A stretch of 64,000 nt of DNA from contig JBMNJT010000008.1 in assembly GCA_050951805.1 (NCBI GenBank), forward strand, positions 320,001 to 384,000. The letters are read 5' to 3'. This DNA is from Bacillota bacterium (lineage in GTDB: Bacteria > Bacillota > DTU025). Positions 19,601 to 30,109 of the stretch are shown piece after piece; position 1 is the stretch's first letter, and each line of letters begins with the position of its first letter. The notes beneath the pieces were generated by a model. That model was not told where the DNA came from. It was given only the letters and a program-made list of their open reading frames with translations, and did no database searches. A program made the position numbers and the translations under genes.

Positions 19601-19921
19601 ATGAGCATCGGCAAGATCCAAGCTGAGGTTCTTAAGCTCCATCCAAGTGAACGGGCCAGGTTAGCTGAGGCATTACTGCTAAGCCTGGAGGAACTTTCGG
19701 ATGAGGAGAATGAGCGTTTGTGGGCTGAGAAAGCCCGGCGGCGGCACGAAGCCCTCGTTGCTGGAAGGGCTAGCGAGCGCATTGCTGCAGACGTGTTTCG
19801 CGACGCCCGCGGGCGGCTATGGGCTATGATTGTTGAGCGTGTCATATTTCATGAGCTGGCCGAACAGGAGCTACTTGATATTGCGAACTATTATGAGAAT
19901 CAGAGCGCAGGCTTGGGCTTT
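19601..19921 (+). pseudogene. Addiction-module antitoxin fused to truncated RelE/ParE toxin (copy 1)
   Basis: Near-copy of 24511-24823; a 7-nt insertion at the ATGA overlap removes the stop; toxin similarity ends after 'SAGLGF'. Confidence 0.8.
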
Positions 19922-20168
19922 GATCTGGGGCTAGGCGAGAAGAACTCGCTTCGGGTAGAGAAGGAAACCATATGTACCATGTGTTTGTTGGACAAGGCGT
20001 GCACAGCTTGGACGCTTTCTCCCGATGCACGGATCTGAAGATACTGTTGGGAGCCATAGTTGCGCGCCTATATCGAGCGGTTGGCTGTTCACTTGAAGAT
20101 GTGGCAAGCTGCAGATATTGTGCACATCGCCCGGCTCACGCTTGTTCGCGTTGAGAGCCAGACAGGGT

Positions 20169-20549
20169 TCATGTGATCCTGTGATCTATGATCCACCTCA
20201 GGATCCTGTCTGAGTTCATAGTCCCGTCGGCAATGCCTAGGCCAAGCTCAACGAGTTCTTGTTGTTTGAAGTGCAGCTTCACTCCATTCATATCCAGAAA
20301 AACCAGCATGACGAAGAGTCCGGTTCGCTTGTTGCCATCTACGAACGGATGGTTTTGGACTATCGAAAAGCATTGACGAGCAGCCTTTTCTTCTACTGTG
20401 GGGTACAGATCCTTGCCGTCAACTGATGCAAAAGCGTGATTGATAGCCGAGTCGAGTGCGCCCTGGTCGCGCACGCCTGAGGTCCCCCCTGTGACCGCAA
20501 TCATCTGCTGATGAAGGTGAAGCACTTGCTTGCAGTTGAGTCGGATCAC
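20169..20549 (-). CDS. doc: Doc (death-on-curing) Fic-family toxin
   Basis: 'HPFVDGNKRTG', 'GGTSGVRD.GALDSA', 'DLYPTVEEKAA'. Confidence 0.93.
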   Translation of the reverse strand: MIRLNCKQVLHLHQQMIAVTGGTSGVRDQGALDSAINHAFASVDGKDLYPTVEEKAARQCFSIVQNHPFVDGNKRTGLFVMLVFLDMNGVKLHFKQQELVELGLGIADGTMNSDRILRWIIDHRIT

Positions 20550-20797
20550 TTTGCCAGCTCCGAAAACGCTGGGAGATTCTCCTTCAAGATACGGGCAGCC
20601 ACCGATTCCAGCCGCTCGTCTTCAGATTTGGATAACCCCTCGAAGTGGTCAAAACTGAGCACGACGTACTTGGGCACGTTGTTCTTCAGAATGACCACTG
20701 CTCCCTGCTGGTCCGCTGCACGTGCCACTTTGGAGAAGTTCCTGTTGGCATCAGCTAAAGGGATCATCTGTTTGGTGTTTATTATCATGTCGATCAC
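20546..20797 (-). CDS. phd: Phd/YefM antitoxin
   Basis: 'ADANRNFSKVAR...VVILKNNVPKYV'; 4-nt overlap with doc. Confidence 0.9.
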   Translation of the reverse strand: MIDMIINTKQMIPLADANRNFSKVARAADQQGAVVILKNNVPKYVVLSFDHFEGLSKSEDERLESVAARILKENLPAFSELAK

Positions 20798-20818
20798 CTC
20801 ATCCCCAGTATACTCAAT

Positions 20819-20842
20819 ATGTAGGCAAGAATAAACCTACAT
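20819..20842 (-). promoter_or_regulatory. Palindromic operator upstream of phd-doc
   Basis: ATGTAGG-N10-CCTACAT. Confidence 0.55.
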
Positions 20843-21407
20843 TTGCCCACTGCTATTACGCAGCTGTTTCGTTGCGCTTCAGCAAAGTAGTTTGATTAGC
20901 CCTTCCACGATTCCTCGGTTTCCGCTCCGAGCCTTCCGCTAAGGCCACCAGGGAGGAAATAGATATTTACACAGTGAATGTGGAAATCGTGGAGGACGGG
21001 TGGATGACTCCGAGCGAGATCAAAGCGCGGGTACGTGTAGCAACGGGCAAGTAGGGCGCCCAAGCTGATTGGCTGGAGTTGCTTCTGTGATATGAACGGG
21101 TGGCGTGCTGCCGTATCAGGAAGGAGGCGAGCTGTGTGATGATTCGCAGGGCCTGTGCTGTTTTCGCTGCAGCTGTGATTCTAGGGCGTGTGTTGATGCC
21201 GGTCATGGTCGCGAAGGCATGGGCTACGGAGCCCGGGCACCGAGGATACGTGCGCATGGTGACTCCTTGATGATACTTGCTGTTAACTGTGCCTGTGGGT
21301 ACCCTGCTTTCGTCTGGACCAGGTGAGCGATTTCACCAGGATACGAAGTTCGGGAGTCGCTGGCTTCCACGGGCGACGTTTTTCTGCAATCGGGGCGCCT
21401 TCTCTGC

Positions 21408-22319
21408 GTTCTGCGGGAGAATCCAAAATTGGCAGGGGCGACGCGGGTTATGTGTTGCCTCCATAACCGGCCGCTGGATTCATTGCATGGTTGTCCAAGG
21501 GCCATGGAGCTAAAGGAGCAATCATAGCAGAGAAAGGCTGTAACAGCGACGAAGACATCAGCCCCAGAAAGAAAACGCTATTCCCGATTCAGCGCATCTA
21601 CGAGGTGTATTGTGACGTGGCGGCAGAACGCAGAACACTGAGAATAGGCATATGCGAAGACTCACTTCCCGATATGGAACTTATTGAGGGGTACCTTTTT
21701 GGGATGGGAGGCCGGAGTCAATAGCGGAGACAGTTCGCAAGCGGCCATTCCTGATGGAGTCGAGCTTCGCATTTCTGAATTCTCCGGCGCCGAAGAGTTC
21801 TATTTCAATTACCCCGACAAGCCGCGCTTCGATGTTTTGCTGTTGGATATCCATATGGGAGACAGACGGCGAGCTGTGCAAGATCTATCAGGAAGACATC
21901 TTCCATTTTGAGTCTGTCGGGCACATGATAACTGCGGGCACGGCCGATGCGAGTGTCGAGAGCAGGATGAGCTGGGCGGAGCTGGAATCTTTGATTTCGC
22001 ACGACATGTTCGCGCGCACACACAGGTCGTATATCATAGGGCTGGGTCACGTTGATGTGCTCGGGAAAACCGAGGTTACCCTGGACAGCGGAACTGTTTT
22101 GCCTGTGAGTCGCAGGCTTGAAAAAGAGCTGCGGGAGAAATTCGTGGGGTTTCATGTCGGGTGCGATGCGGTGTGGTTCCCGTGATATCTTTGAGCTATG
22201 CGCATCTTGCGCTCATCATCGTCGCCCTGATCGCATTTTTCTGGTGGTTCTACAAGGTGGCTCTGACCCGCACCGTGGATCGCCGCATACGCAATTACCA
22301 GAAGGACCTTCTGGAGCGG
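21408..22319 (+). pseudogene. Degenerate copy of the LytTR regulator + start of histidine kinase
   Basis: Aligns by eye to 26140-27269 with frameshifts and an internal deletion; stops after 'YQKDLLER'. Confidence 0.88.
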
Positions 22320-22748
22320 GATCCTAGCATCAAGCAACATAGTATTCGCCTGTGCCGAAGATGGTTCCAAGGCAGCGTCGGCGAACGGCAAAGCTAGCAG
22401 ACTGAAGATTCAACTCCGATACGGCAAGATCCGTGCTCGTATGATCTTTAAGTTCGCTTTTCGCATGTGGGTTTTGCCATAATATCATTTCTCCTCGAAT
22501 GGATTCGGGCCGATGGCTGCGTGGAGGGTATTATCCCATTCGCATAACACGCGCCAAATTGAACCGGCTTGGACCCATATTGCCGTCCGAAAACCTATTG
22601 TTCTTAGGGCTTGCCTTTTACGTAGGGATTCTGCATGGCCCAGAACGGGTGTTCTTAACCGGTCATTGATAGGCAGCGACGAACAGCGGGTTCTATATAT
22701 CAATAAGGGAAGGACTAATAGTCGTGATGGGCTGCGATGCCTACAACA

Positions 22749-24441
22749 GAGCCATTTTCGATGTAACGAAAGCCCACGATAACGCGGGTTTGAAAGGCGG
22801 CTAAAAGATCGTTTCCCCCATGGGAAAAGCCCGTTTTGCGGCGAGAAAAATGAAGGCAACCAGCCCAAAGTGTCGAATGTTGTAAGTAGCGCTAACAACG
22901 GAGACACAGGGGGTTACCTTCATGGCAATTATACCACAGAAGCAGCTGTTCAAGTGGGACGAGGTCGAGGAATTGGGCGATTTGGAGCGGTTGAAGCTTG
23001 TTATAGATTACCTGCCTGATGAAGAGTTGATGCAGGCGCTAGAGAACGAACGGGCCAATGGCAGGAATGACTATCCGGTCAGAGCAGTATGGAATTCAGT
23101 ATTGGCAGGCATTGTGTTCCAGCATCCAACTATCGAGAGCCTTCGCAGGGAATTATCGAGAAACGCACAGCTCCGCCAGGTTTGTGGCTTTGACATCACC
23201 CTGGGCGTAGAAGGAGTCCCTTCATCATCGGCGTACACGCGGTTTTTGAGGAGACTGATGACGCACCAAAAAGAACTCGATGAGATGTTCGATAACCTGG
23301 TAAGGATGTTATGCGACGAACTCCCGGACTTTGGGGAGACGCTTGCTATAGACGGGAAAGCGCTGGAGAGTTACGCAAAGCCAAGACGTGCCGAGAGCGA
23401 AAAACCTTATGATGGCCGCCGGGACATAGATGCGAATTTCGGAGTGAAAACATATAAAGGCAAGAACAAGGATGGCAGCGTATGGGAGAAGACCATGAGC
23501 TGGTTCGGATATAAACTGCATCTTATTGTGGACGCCAACTACGAGCTGCCTATAGCTTTTCGGGTTACACAGGCGTCGAGGAGCGAGATAAAGGAGGCGC
23601 GCACTCTCGTAGACGAAATGGCGCTTAGGCTGCCGGAAATCGTTGACAGGTGCATGTATCTCACGGGCGACAAAGGCTATGACGACACCAAGATGACGAC
23701 CAAACTGTGGGACGAATACAGAATCAAGCCTGTCATCGATATCCGAAACGCCTGGAGAGACGGGGAGGAAACAAAGCTGGTTACCGGCAGAGAAAACGTG
23801 GTCTACGATTACAAAGGGACCGTCTACTGCTACTCACCCGAAGACAATAGAAGGCGCGAGATGGTTCCGGGGGGCTTTGAGAAGGATCGTGACGCCTTGA
23901 AGTGCCTCTGCCCTGCCAAATACTATGGTGTGGAATGCCGGGGCAAAGACGCCTGCCCAGTCAAAAGTGGAGTACGGATCCCATTATGTGAAGATAGAAG
24001 GGTGTTCACTCCGGTTGCGAGGCCAAGCGCCAAGTAGAAAAAGATTTATAACAAGCGCACCGCAGTGGAACGGGTAAACAGCAGGATAGACCGGGTCTTC
24101 GGTTTTGAAGACCATTGTGTCCGCGGGCTTAGGAAAATGAACCTCAGATGCTCACTAGCCCTTATAACAATGCTTGCAATGGCTTTGGGCAGGATAAAAA
24201 CGAAACAAGGGGACAAACTCCGTAGCCTTGTCCAGGCTGCATAAAAGCAGCCTTTGATGAACTGAACAATGAGATGCCAGTGCGGTTAGTTTAAGGTGCC
24301 CATTTTTCCCATAGCGAGCTGAAAACAGCCTGTTGACGCCTACCTCGGCAAATGAGACTGCTTCATTGCCAGGGAGGAAGCTGCTTTTGACAAATTATGC
24401 AACGGGCATGCGCGAGAAATCGGCTACAACGCAAATGCCTC
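22749..24441 (+). mobile_element. Insertion sequence (IS5/IS1182-like DDE) with 7-bp target duplication
   Basis: Imperfect IRs GAGCCATTTTCGATGTA / TACAACGCAAATGCCTC; TACAACA at 22742-22748 and 24442-24448. Confidence 0.85.
22922..24244 (+). pseudogene. DDE transposase with in-frame TAG at 24035
   Basis: 'AIDGK', 'FGYKLHLIVD', 'GDKGYD'; frame continues past the TAG as 'KKIYNKRTAVERVNSRI', which holds the catalytic Glu. Confidence 0.88.
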
Positions 24442-24510
24442 TACAACATGGCCTGTATTGGGCCGGCTGGCGTCAGATGATATAATAGGAAAAAAGGAGG
24501 CGGCTCTTCC

Positions 24511-24732
24511 ATGAGCATCGACAAGATCCAAGCTGAGGCTCTTAAGCTCCATCCAAGTGAACGGGCCAGGCTAGCTGAGGCATTATTACTAAGCCTGGAG
24601 GATCTCTCGGATGAGGAGAATGAGCGTCTGTGGGCTGAGGAAGCCCAGCGCCGGCACGAAGACCTCGTTGCTGGGAGGGCTAGCGAGCGCACTGCTGCAG
24701 ACGTGTTTCGCGATATCCGCCAGCGACTATGA
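24511..24732 (+). CDS. Addiction-module antitoxin component
   Basis: 'ALKLHPSERARLAEALLLSL...LWAEEAQRR'; promoter TGaTATAAT and AAGGAGG upstream. Confidence 0.85.
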   Translation: MSIDKIQAEALKLHPSERARLAEALLLSLEDLSDEENERLWAEEAQRRHEDLVAGRASERTAADVFRDIRQRL

Positions 24733-25028
24733 TTATTCGGCATGTCACCTTCCATGAACTGGCCGAACAGGAGCTACTTGATGCGGCACACTACTATGAA
24801 AATCAGAGCGCAGGCTTGGGATTTGCATTCCTCGAAGGAATAGAACATGCGGTTGCGCAGATTTGTGAGCATCCTGAATCGACCCACCAAATATCCCCGC
24901 TTGTTCGGCGCAAGATTGTGCGCCGGTTCCCCTATAGTATCATGTAATCAGTTCAGGACGATAGGATTCGGATCCTCGCTATAGCTAATCAAAGACGGCG
25001 TCCTTTCTATTGGCGTGGGCGTCGGTAG
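24729..25028 (+). pseudogene. RelE/ParE toxin with internal TAA (24945)
   Basis: 'FHELAEQELLDAAHYYE...RRFPYSIM*SVQDDRIRILAIANQRRRPFYW'. Confidence 0.85.
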
Positions 25029-25056
25029 GTATGAGAATCCCTAACACACGAGTTTG

Positions 25057-25124
25057 CCCAGTCACCTAAACTGCGCCCCTAAAGGGTTTGATGTGGCGCG
25101 TTGGCAGGAATCGAACCTGCGGCC
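25057..25124 (-). repeat. att-like duplicate of tRNA-Arg(TCT) 3' end plus downstream flank
   Basis: TGGCGCG-TTGGCAGGAATCGAACCTGCGGCC matches 35749-35780; flank CCCAGT.ACCTAAAC...AAGGGTTTGAT matches 35711-35748. Confidence 0.85.
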
Positions 25125-25316
25125 TCGAACCAGGAGTAGCCTATTCGATAAGAGTGTCCATTGACGCTACGCTATTGATAGCTGATATAGTAGTATCGAG
25201 GGATGAAGCTCCCCTCTGGAGTAATCCGAACCGCTGACGACAACTGATGGCTTCTACAATCACACGTAGGAACCGTCGGCTTTTGTTTTTGGGTATCGGT
25301 TCCAGGGGGGATTTTG

Positions 25317-26034
25317 ATGTCTATAGGCCTTGCTGCTGCAACAATTGGTGGATTGCTTGGATACGCTCTGTTCAGTAGAATCAGAATGCCTGGTCTGCTT
25401 GGGATGCTACTTGCAGGCATCGTGCTTGGGCCGTATGGGTTGAACTTGATTTACCACGAATTGATTGCAGTGTCGGCAGATCTGCTCTTCTGATGAGTCT
25501 GTTGCCAGCTTCGTTTGAGCTTCTAGGTGTAATAATTCTTGCGCCGAAACTGCTAGGAGTAAGCACTTTGGAAGCAGCGATTGGTTTGGGTTTGGTATGG
25601 TTTTTCGGGCGAGTGCACATCCGCGACACAGTCAAGGCCTTGACAATCATATCCTTGGCCATAGTCATGGTCTGGCTGGAGAGCTTGCTGGCGCCAGTAT
25701 GCCTATGTCCGACTTGCTTGCCGTCATGGCAATGGGTGTAATGCTCCTGGAGCGCGATGAGGCCCTGGCAGAGCGCTTGAGGGTCAGATTTGAGAAACTG
25801 TGGGTTGAGTTGATCGGTTCGAAGCTCAACTTCCACGAAAAGCTATTCTCCATGATGGCATATACTCCCAAATCCACAGTGCAAGCCGCCATAGGCGCGG
25901 TGCCCCTGGCCGTCGGCGTCGAAAGCGGCGAGCTAATCTTGGCCGTGGCTGTGCTGTCAATATTGATAACTGCCCCACTAGGCGCAACTGCCATCAAACT
26001 GACCGCGACGCGTTTGCTAACAACTGATGGCTAG
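25317..26034 (+). pseudogene. Heavily deleted cation:proton antiporter
   Basis: 'RMPGLLGMLLAGIVLGPYGLNLI' and 'AYTPKSTVQAAIGAVP...LSILITAPLGA' in different frames. Confidence 0.8.
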
Positions 26035-26182
26035 ACCGAGCTCTTGGGTGAGTTCATATCGACACCCCAGGACATCCGGGAGAGGCAAATCGTTGACACA
26101 GTATGGGCCACAGGCAGCTGCTATGGTGCGTCGCTTGTAGTTTGCGCGGAAGAATCCAGAACTTGCAGGGTCGACGCGGGTT

Positions 26183-27133
26183 GTGTATTACTTCCATAAT
26201 CCGGTCGCTAGATTCATCGCATGGTTGTCCAAGGGCCATGGAACCGCAGGAGCGATCATGGCAGGGAAAGACTGTAACAGCGACGAAAACACAAGGCGCA
26301 GGAAGAAACCTATGTTTCCGAACGAGCGCGTCTGCGAGGTGCATTGTAACGTGGCGGCGAAGCCGAGAACACTGAGAATAGGCATATGCGAAGACTCAAT
26401 TCCCGATGTGGAACTTATTAGGACGTATCTTTCCGGGTGGAAGGCTAGAGTCAACAGCGGCGACCGCCCGCAAGCAGTCATTCCCGCTGGCATTGAACTT
26501 CGCATCTTTGAATTTCCCGACGCCGAAGCGTTTTATTTCAATTACCCCGATAACCCGCGCTTCGATGTTCTGCTGTTGGACATCCACATGGGAGACATGG
26601 ACGGCTTCGAGCTGGCCAAAAGAATACGCCAAAGAGACCGCAGGATTGCCGTGGTTTTCATCACCGGCGACCCTGATTACGCCAGCAAGGGTTATGATGT
26701 GGACGCCGCAGGGTATCTCATAAAGCCTGTGCGCCGGGAAGAGCTTTACGCCGTCATGGACAAGTGCATTCTGTCGCTCAAGAGGGGCAGAATGGAACTA
26801 CTATGGGAGACAGACGGCGAGCTGCGCAAGATCTATCAGGAAGACATCCTCTATTTTGAGTCTGCTGGGCACATGATAACTGCGGTTACGGCCGATGCGA
26901 GTTTCGAGAGCAGAATGAGCTGGGCGGAGCTGGAATCTTTGATCTCGCCCGACATGTTCGCGCGCACGCACAGGTCGTATATCATAGGGTTGGGTCACGT
27001 TGATGTGCTCGGGAAAACCGAGGTTACTCTGGATAACGGGATTGTTTTGCCTGTGAGCCGCAGGCTTGAACGAGAGCTGCGGGAGAAATTCGTGGGGTAC
27101 TACAGCGGGGGCGATGGGGTGTGGTTCCCGTGA
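26183..27133 (+). CDS. LytTR family response regulator (start uncertain)
   Basis: Receiver 'IGICED...LLLDIHM..MDGFELA...YLIKP'; LytTR 'FARTHRSYII...LPVSRR'. Confidence 0.9.
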   Translation: MYYFHNPVARFIAWLSKGHGTAGAIMAGKDCNSDENTRRRKKPMFPNERVCEVHCNVAAKPRTLRIGICEDSIPDVELIRTYLSGWKARVNSGDRPQAVIPAGIELRIFEFPDAEAFYFNYPDNPRFDVLLLDIHMGDMDGFELAKRIRQRDRRIAVVFITGDPDYASKGYDVDAAGYLIKPVRREELYAVMDKCILSLKRGRMELLWETDGELRKIYQEDILYFESAGHMITAVTADASFESRMSWAELESLISPDMFARTHRSYIIGLGHVDVLGKTEVTLDNGIVLPVSRRLERELREKFVGYYSGGDGVWFP

Positions 27134-27900
27134 TATCTTTGAGCTATGCACATCTTGTATTCATCGTTGTCGCCCTAATCGCATTTTTCTGGTGGTTCTA
27201 CAAGGTGGCTCTGACCCGCACTGTGGACCGCCGCATACGCAATTACCAGAAGGACCTGCTGGAGCGGCACTTCGAGGAAGTGAACGAGGTATACGGCAAA
27301 ATGCGCGGGTTCAAGCACGATTTTCACAATCACGTGCAGGTTATGGAAGCATGCCTCGAACTGGGGAAATATGACGAGATGGCTGCCTACCTCTCTCAGC
27401 TTTCCGAAGATCTTGAAGAGATCGATTGGATAATCAGGACTGGCAATCTCATGCTGGATTCCATACTCAATGTGAAGCTTACCCTGGCAGAGAAAAGGGG
27501 CATAAACGTGAATGCCAGGGCTTCTGTGCCCGAGGCTTTGACCGACAGGGGCGGGACGATTATTACAGACGTGGAGCTTTGCACTGTGATAGGCAACCTT
27601 ATGGATAACGCCATAGAAGGCTGTCTTACTCTGGATGATTCGGAAGCGCGCTTCATACGCCTCTTGATACGCCCGATGAAGCGCAACCTTTACGTATACG
27701 TGAGCAACTCCTACGGCGGGGAGCTCCGCCGCAAAGGTGACGCCTACGCTACCACAAAAGAAGGCCACGACCACGGGTTCGGCATACGAAGCGTCGACGG
27801 CATAGTTGCCAAATACGGCGGTTCGGTCAACCGCCAGAGCGAACCCGGTGTGTTCGCCACCGAGATACTGTTGCCCTTGGGCGACACTGGCCCATCATGA
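27130..27900 (+). CDS. AgrC/VirS-type GHKL histidine kinase, single TM
   Basis: 'GFKHDFHNH', 'GNLMDNAIEG', 'TTKEGHDHGFGIRSV'. Confidence 0.9.
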   Translation: MISLSYAHLVFIVVALIAFFWWFYKVALTRTVDRRIRNYQKDLLERHFEEVNEVYGKMRGFKHDFHNHVQVMEACLELGKYDEMAAYLSQLSEDLEEIDWIIRTGNLMLDSILNVKLTLAEKRGINVNARASVPEALTDRGGTIITDVELCTVIGNLMDNAIEGCLTLDDSEARFIRLLIRPMKRNLYVYVSNSYGGELRRKGDAYATTKEGHDHGFGIRSVDGIVAKYGGSVNRQSEPGVFATEILLPLGDTGPS

Positions 27901-28051
27901 TTCACCCCGCGTCGCATGACGCCCTACGATTTCACAGCTTTCCCGTCATGGATATTTACTGAAGGCAGCTTCTCAAACAGGTGCTTTGGATGGTTGTACG
28001 GGGTGATGGCTCTACTGTCCTTGCCTCACGTAAACCACGTCCCGTCTTCTG

Positions 28052-28118
28052 CCGTTCGTGACGAATATGATACCGCTCATGTCACATACGATTTATCTCG
28101 CATTTTCCATGATATATT
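28052..28118 (+). promoter_or_regulatory. LytTR-type direct repeats and extended -10 upstream of ABC exporters
   Basis: CCGTTCGTGAC (28052) / CCGCTCATGTC (28073), 21-bp spacing; TGaTATATT at 28110-28118. Confidence 0.6.
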
Positions 28119-28162
28119 GCTTTTGGCGTTCATAGATCACTCAGCGGCAGGAGGTGCGTACC

Positions 28163-30109
28163 ATGGAAGCAAACGAGGCAAAGGGAGCACTGTCCGAAAA
28201 AGCGCCGAAAAGATATTCGTCGTGGCAGAACATGGGCTATCTGCTCAAGAACATAGCCCGCACCGACAAATGGTATCTCACGTTCATGATACTGATGGCG
28301 CCTGTACAGATAGTCGTCATAGCGTTTGAAGCCTACATACCCAAGGCGGTTATAGGCGGTATCGGTCAAGTGACGACACTGCAGGCATACCTTTGGAGCA
28401 TATTCTATCCCGTGCTTGCACTTCTGGCTGCCAAATGTTTGTCCGTGATTCTGGATTCTCAATTAGTAAAGGGCGGCGCTAATCAACGAGCCCTCTATAT
28501 GAGCGACGCTTACACCAAGAGCATGGATATGGATTATCAGTTCTTAGCATCTGACCAAGGGCAGGCCATGGTAGATAAAGGTCTGACGCTTCTGGACCAG
28601 GGGGACATGACCCTTATCGTCAAGTTCGGGCAGCGTTGTTCCGGTCTCTGGGCTGGACTGGGCGGCATAATCTTTTTTGCGGGCCTGGTAGTGAGGATAC
28701 ATCCCTGCCTTTTGATTTTCATAATAGTTTCCGGTATCCTCCAGTATTATTACGGGAAACACGTGGCGAACTTCAAAGAAAAAATGGTGGGTGAAACCCG
28801 GGGGCTCAGGGCCAAGATGAGGTACATGCGTTTTCGTGCAGGCAATTACGAATACGCCAAGGACATGCGCATGTATAAGATGGCGGACTGGTTTTCTGAC
28901 GTGGACAAGGAACTAGAAGATGAATGGAGTTTATACAGAAGAGAAGAGAAAAAACGGGATTACGGCGGATTCGTTCTCACAGCCTTCATGATCTTCTTAA
29001 GGGACGGTCTCACCTACTTTTATCTGGTGGCCATGTTCCTGGCAGGCAGTATCGAGGTTGCAGACTTCGTGTTTCTTCTTGGTATAACCCGAGGAATTTC
29101 AGGGTGGCTCATGGACATAATCGCCGAGGTCACGGCCATTCACAAAGACATGGCTCCCCTAAACGATATGCGCGAGTTTTTCGAGTACAAGGACGCGCTT
29201 AACCGAGACAAAGGCGTTCCCGTGCCTTGCCGGCACGATATACAGTTCAAAGATGTGTGGTTCAAATATCCGGGTTCCGAGGACCAGGCGATAAAAGGCA
29301 TGAATTTTCACATAAAAGATGGCGAAAAGCTGGCCATAGTGGGCGTCAACGGCGCGGGAAAGAGCACTATAGTCGGTCTCATCATTGGGTTTCTTCACCC
29401 AGATAAAGGTGAAATACTCATCGGCGGAACCAACGCCGAGAAAATGAACATTTATGACCGGTACGCCCTGTTTTCGGCGGTGTTTCAGGATGTGCACGTG
29501 TTTCCGGATACGGTGGGCAACATCGTGATGGGCAATGATTATGAAGCATTGGATTTCATGCAGAACACGGGGTTAGGAGCCGCGTCCGACTCCAGGATGG
29601 TTTCTGCGGATACTGATGCTAGGCGTAAGAGGGTTGAGGAGGCTCTGGAAAAGGCGGGGCTGATGGAAACGGTGAAGGCGCTGCCACACGGCATCGACAC
29701 GTATCTCAACAAGATGTCCAGACAGGGCGCTGTGGACCTGTCGGGCGGACAGAATCAAAGACTCATGCTGGCCAGGGCCATTTACCGTGATGCCCCCATA
29801 ACGGTGTTGGACGAACCTACCGCCGCATTAGATCCAATAGCTGAAAGCGAAATATACGGAAGTTACAGCCGGATGGTGCGTGGCAAGACGGCCGTGTTCA
29901 TATCCCACCGCCTGGCATCCACCAGGTTCTGCGATAGAATTCTGTTCATAGAGGACGGACAGATAGCAGAAGAAGGCAGTCATGAAGAGTTGATGAGACT
30001 TGGCGGCAAGTACAGAGAGATGTTCGACATCCAGGCCTATTACTATCAGGATAACCTTGGTGACGAAAGCGGAGTCGCCGCATCGGCAGCGGGAGGTGAA
30101 ACAGCATGA
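28163..30109 (+). CDS. ABC exporter, fused permease/ATPase
   Basis: N-terminal TMD; 'GVNGAGKST', 'LSGGQNQR', 'LDEPTAALDP'. Confidence 0.93.
   Translation: MEANEAKGALSEKAPKRYSSWQNMGYLLKNIARTDKWYLTFMILMAPVQIVVIAFEAYIPKAVIGGIGQVTTLQAYLWSIFYPVLALLAAKCLSVILDSQLVKGGANQRALYMSDAYTKSMDMDYQFLASDQGQAMVDKGLTLLDQGDMTLIVKFGQRCSGLWAGLGGIIFFAGLVVRIHPCLLIFIIVSGILQYYYGKHVANFKEKMVGETRGLRAKMRYMRFRAGNYEYAKDMRMYKMADWFSDVDKELEDEWSLYRREEKKRDYGGFVLTAFMIFLRDGLTYFYLVAMFLAGSIEVADFVFLLGITRGISGWLMDIIAEVTAIHKDMAPLNDMREFFEYKDALNRDKGVPVPCRHDIQFKDVWFKYPGSEDQAIKGMNFHIKDGEKLAIVGVNGAGKSTIVGLIIGFLHPDKGEILIGGTNAEKMNIYDRYALFSAVFQDVHVFPDTVGNIVMGNDYEALDFMQNTGLGAASDSRMVSADTDARRKRVEEALEKAGLMETVKALPHGIDTYLNKMSRQGAVDLSGGQNQRLMLARAIYRDAPITVLDEPTAALDPIAESEIYGSYSRMVRGKTAVFISHRLASTRFCDRILFIEDGQIAEEGSHEELMRLGGKYREMFDIQAYYYQDNLGDESGVAASAAGGETA

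Noticed and set aside
25094-25124. A fourth tRNA gene
   Set aside because: Only the T-arm and acceptor 3' strand are present; no anticodon or D arm.
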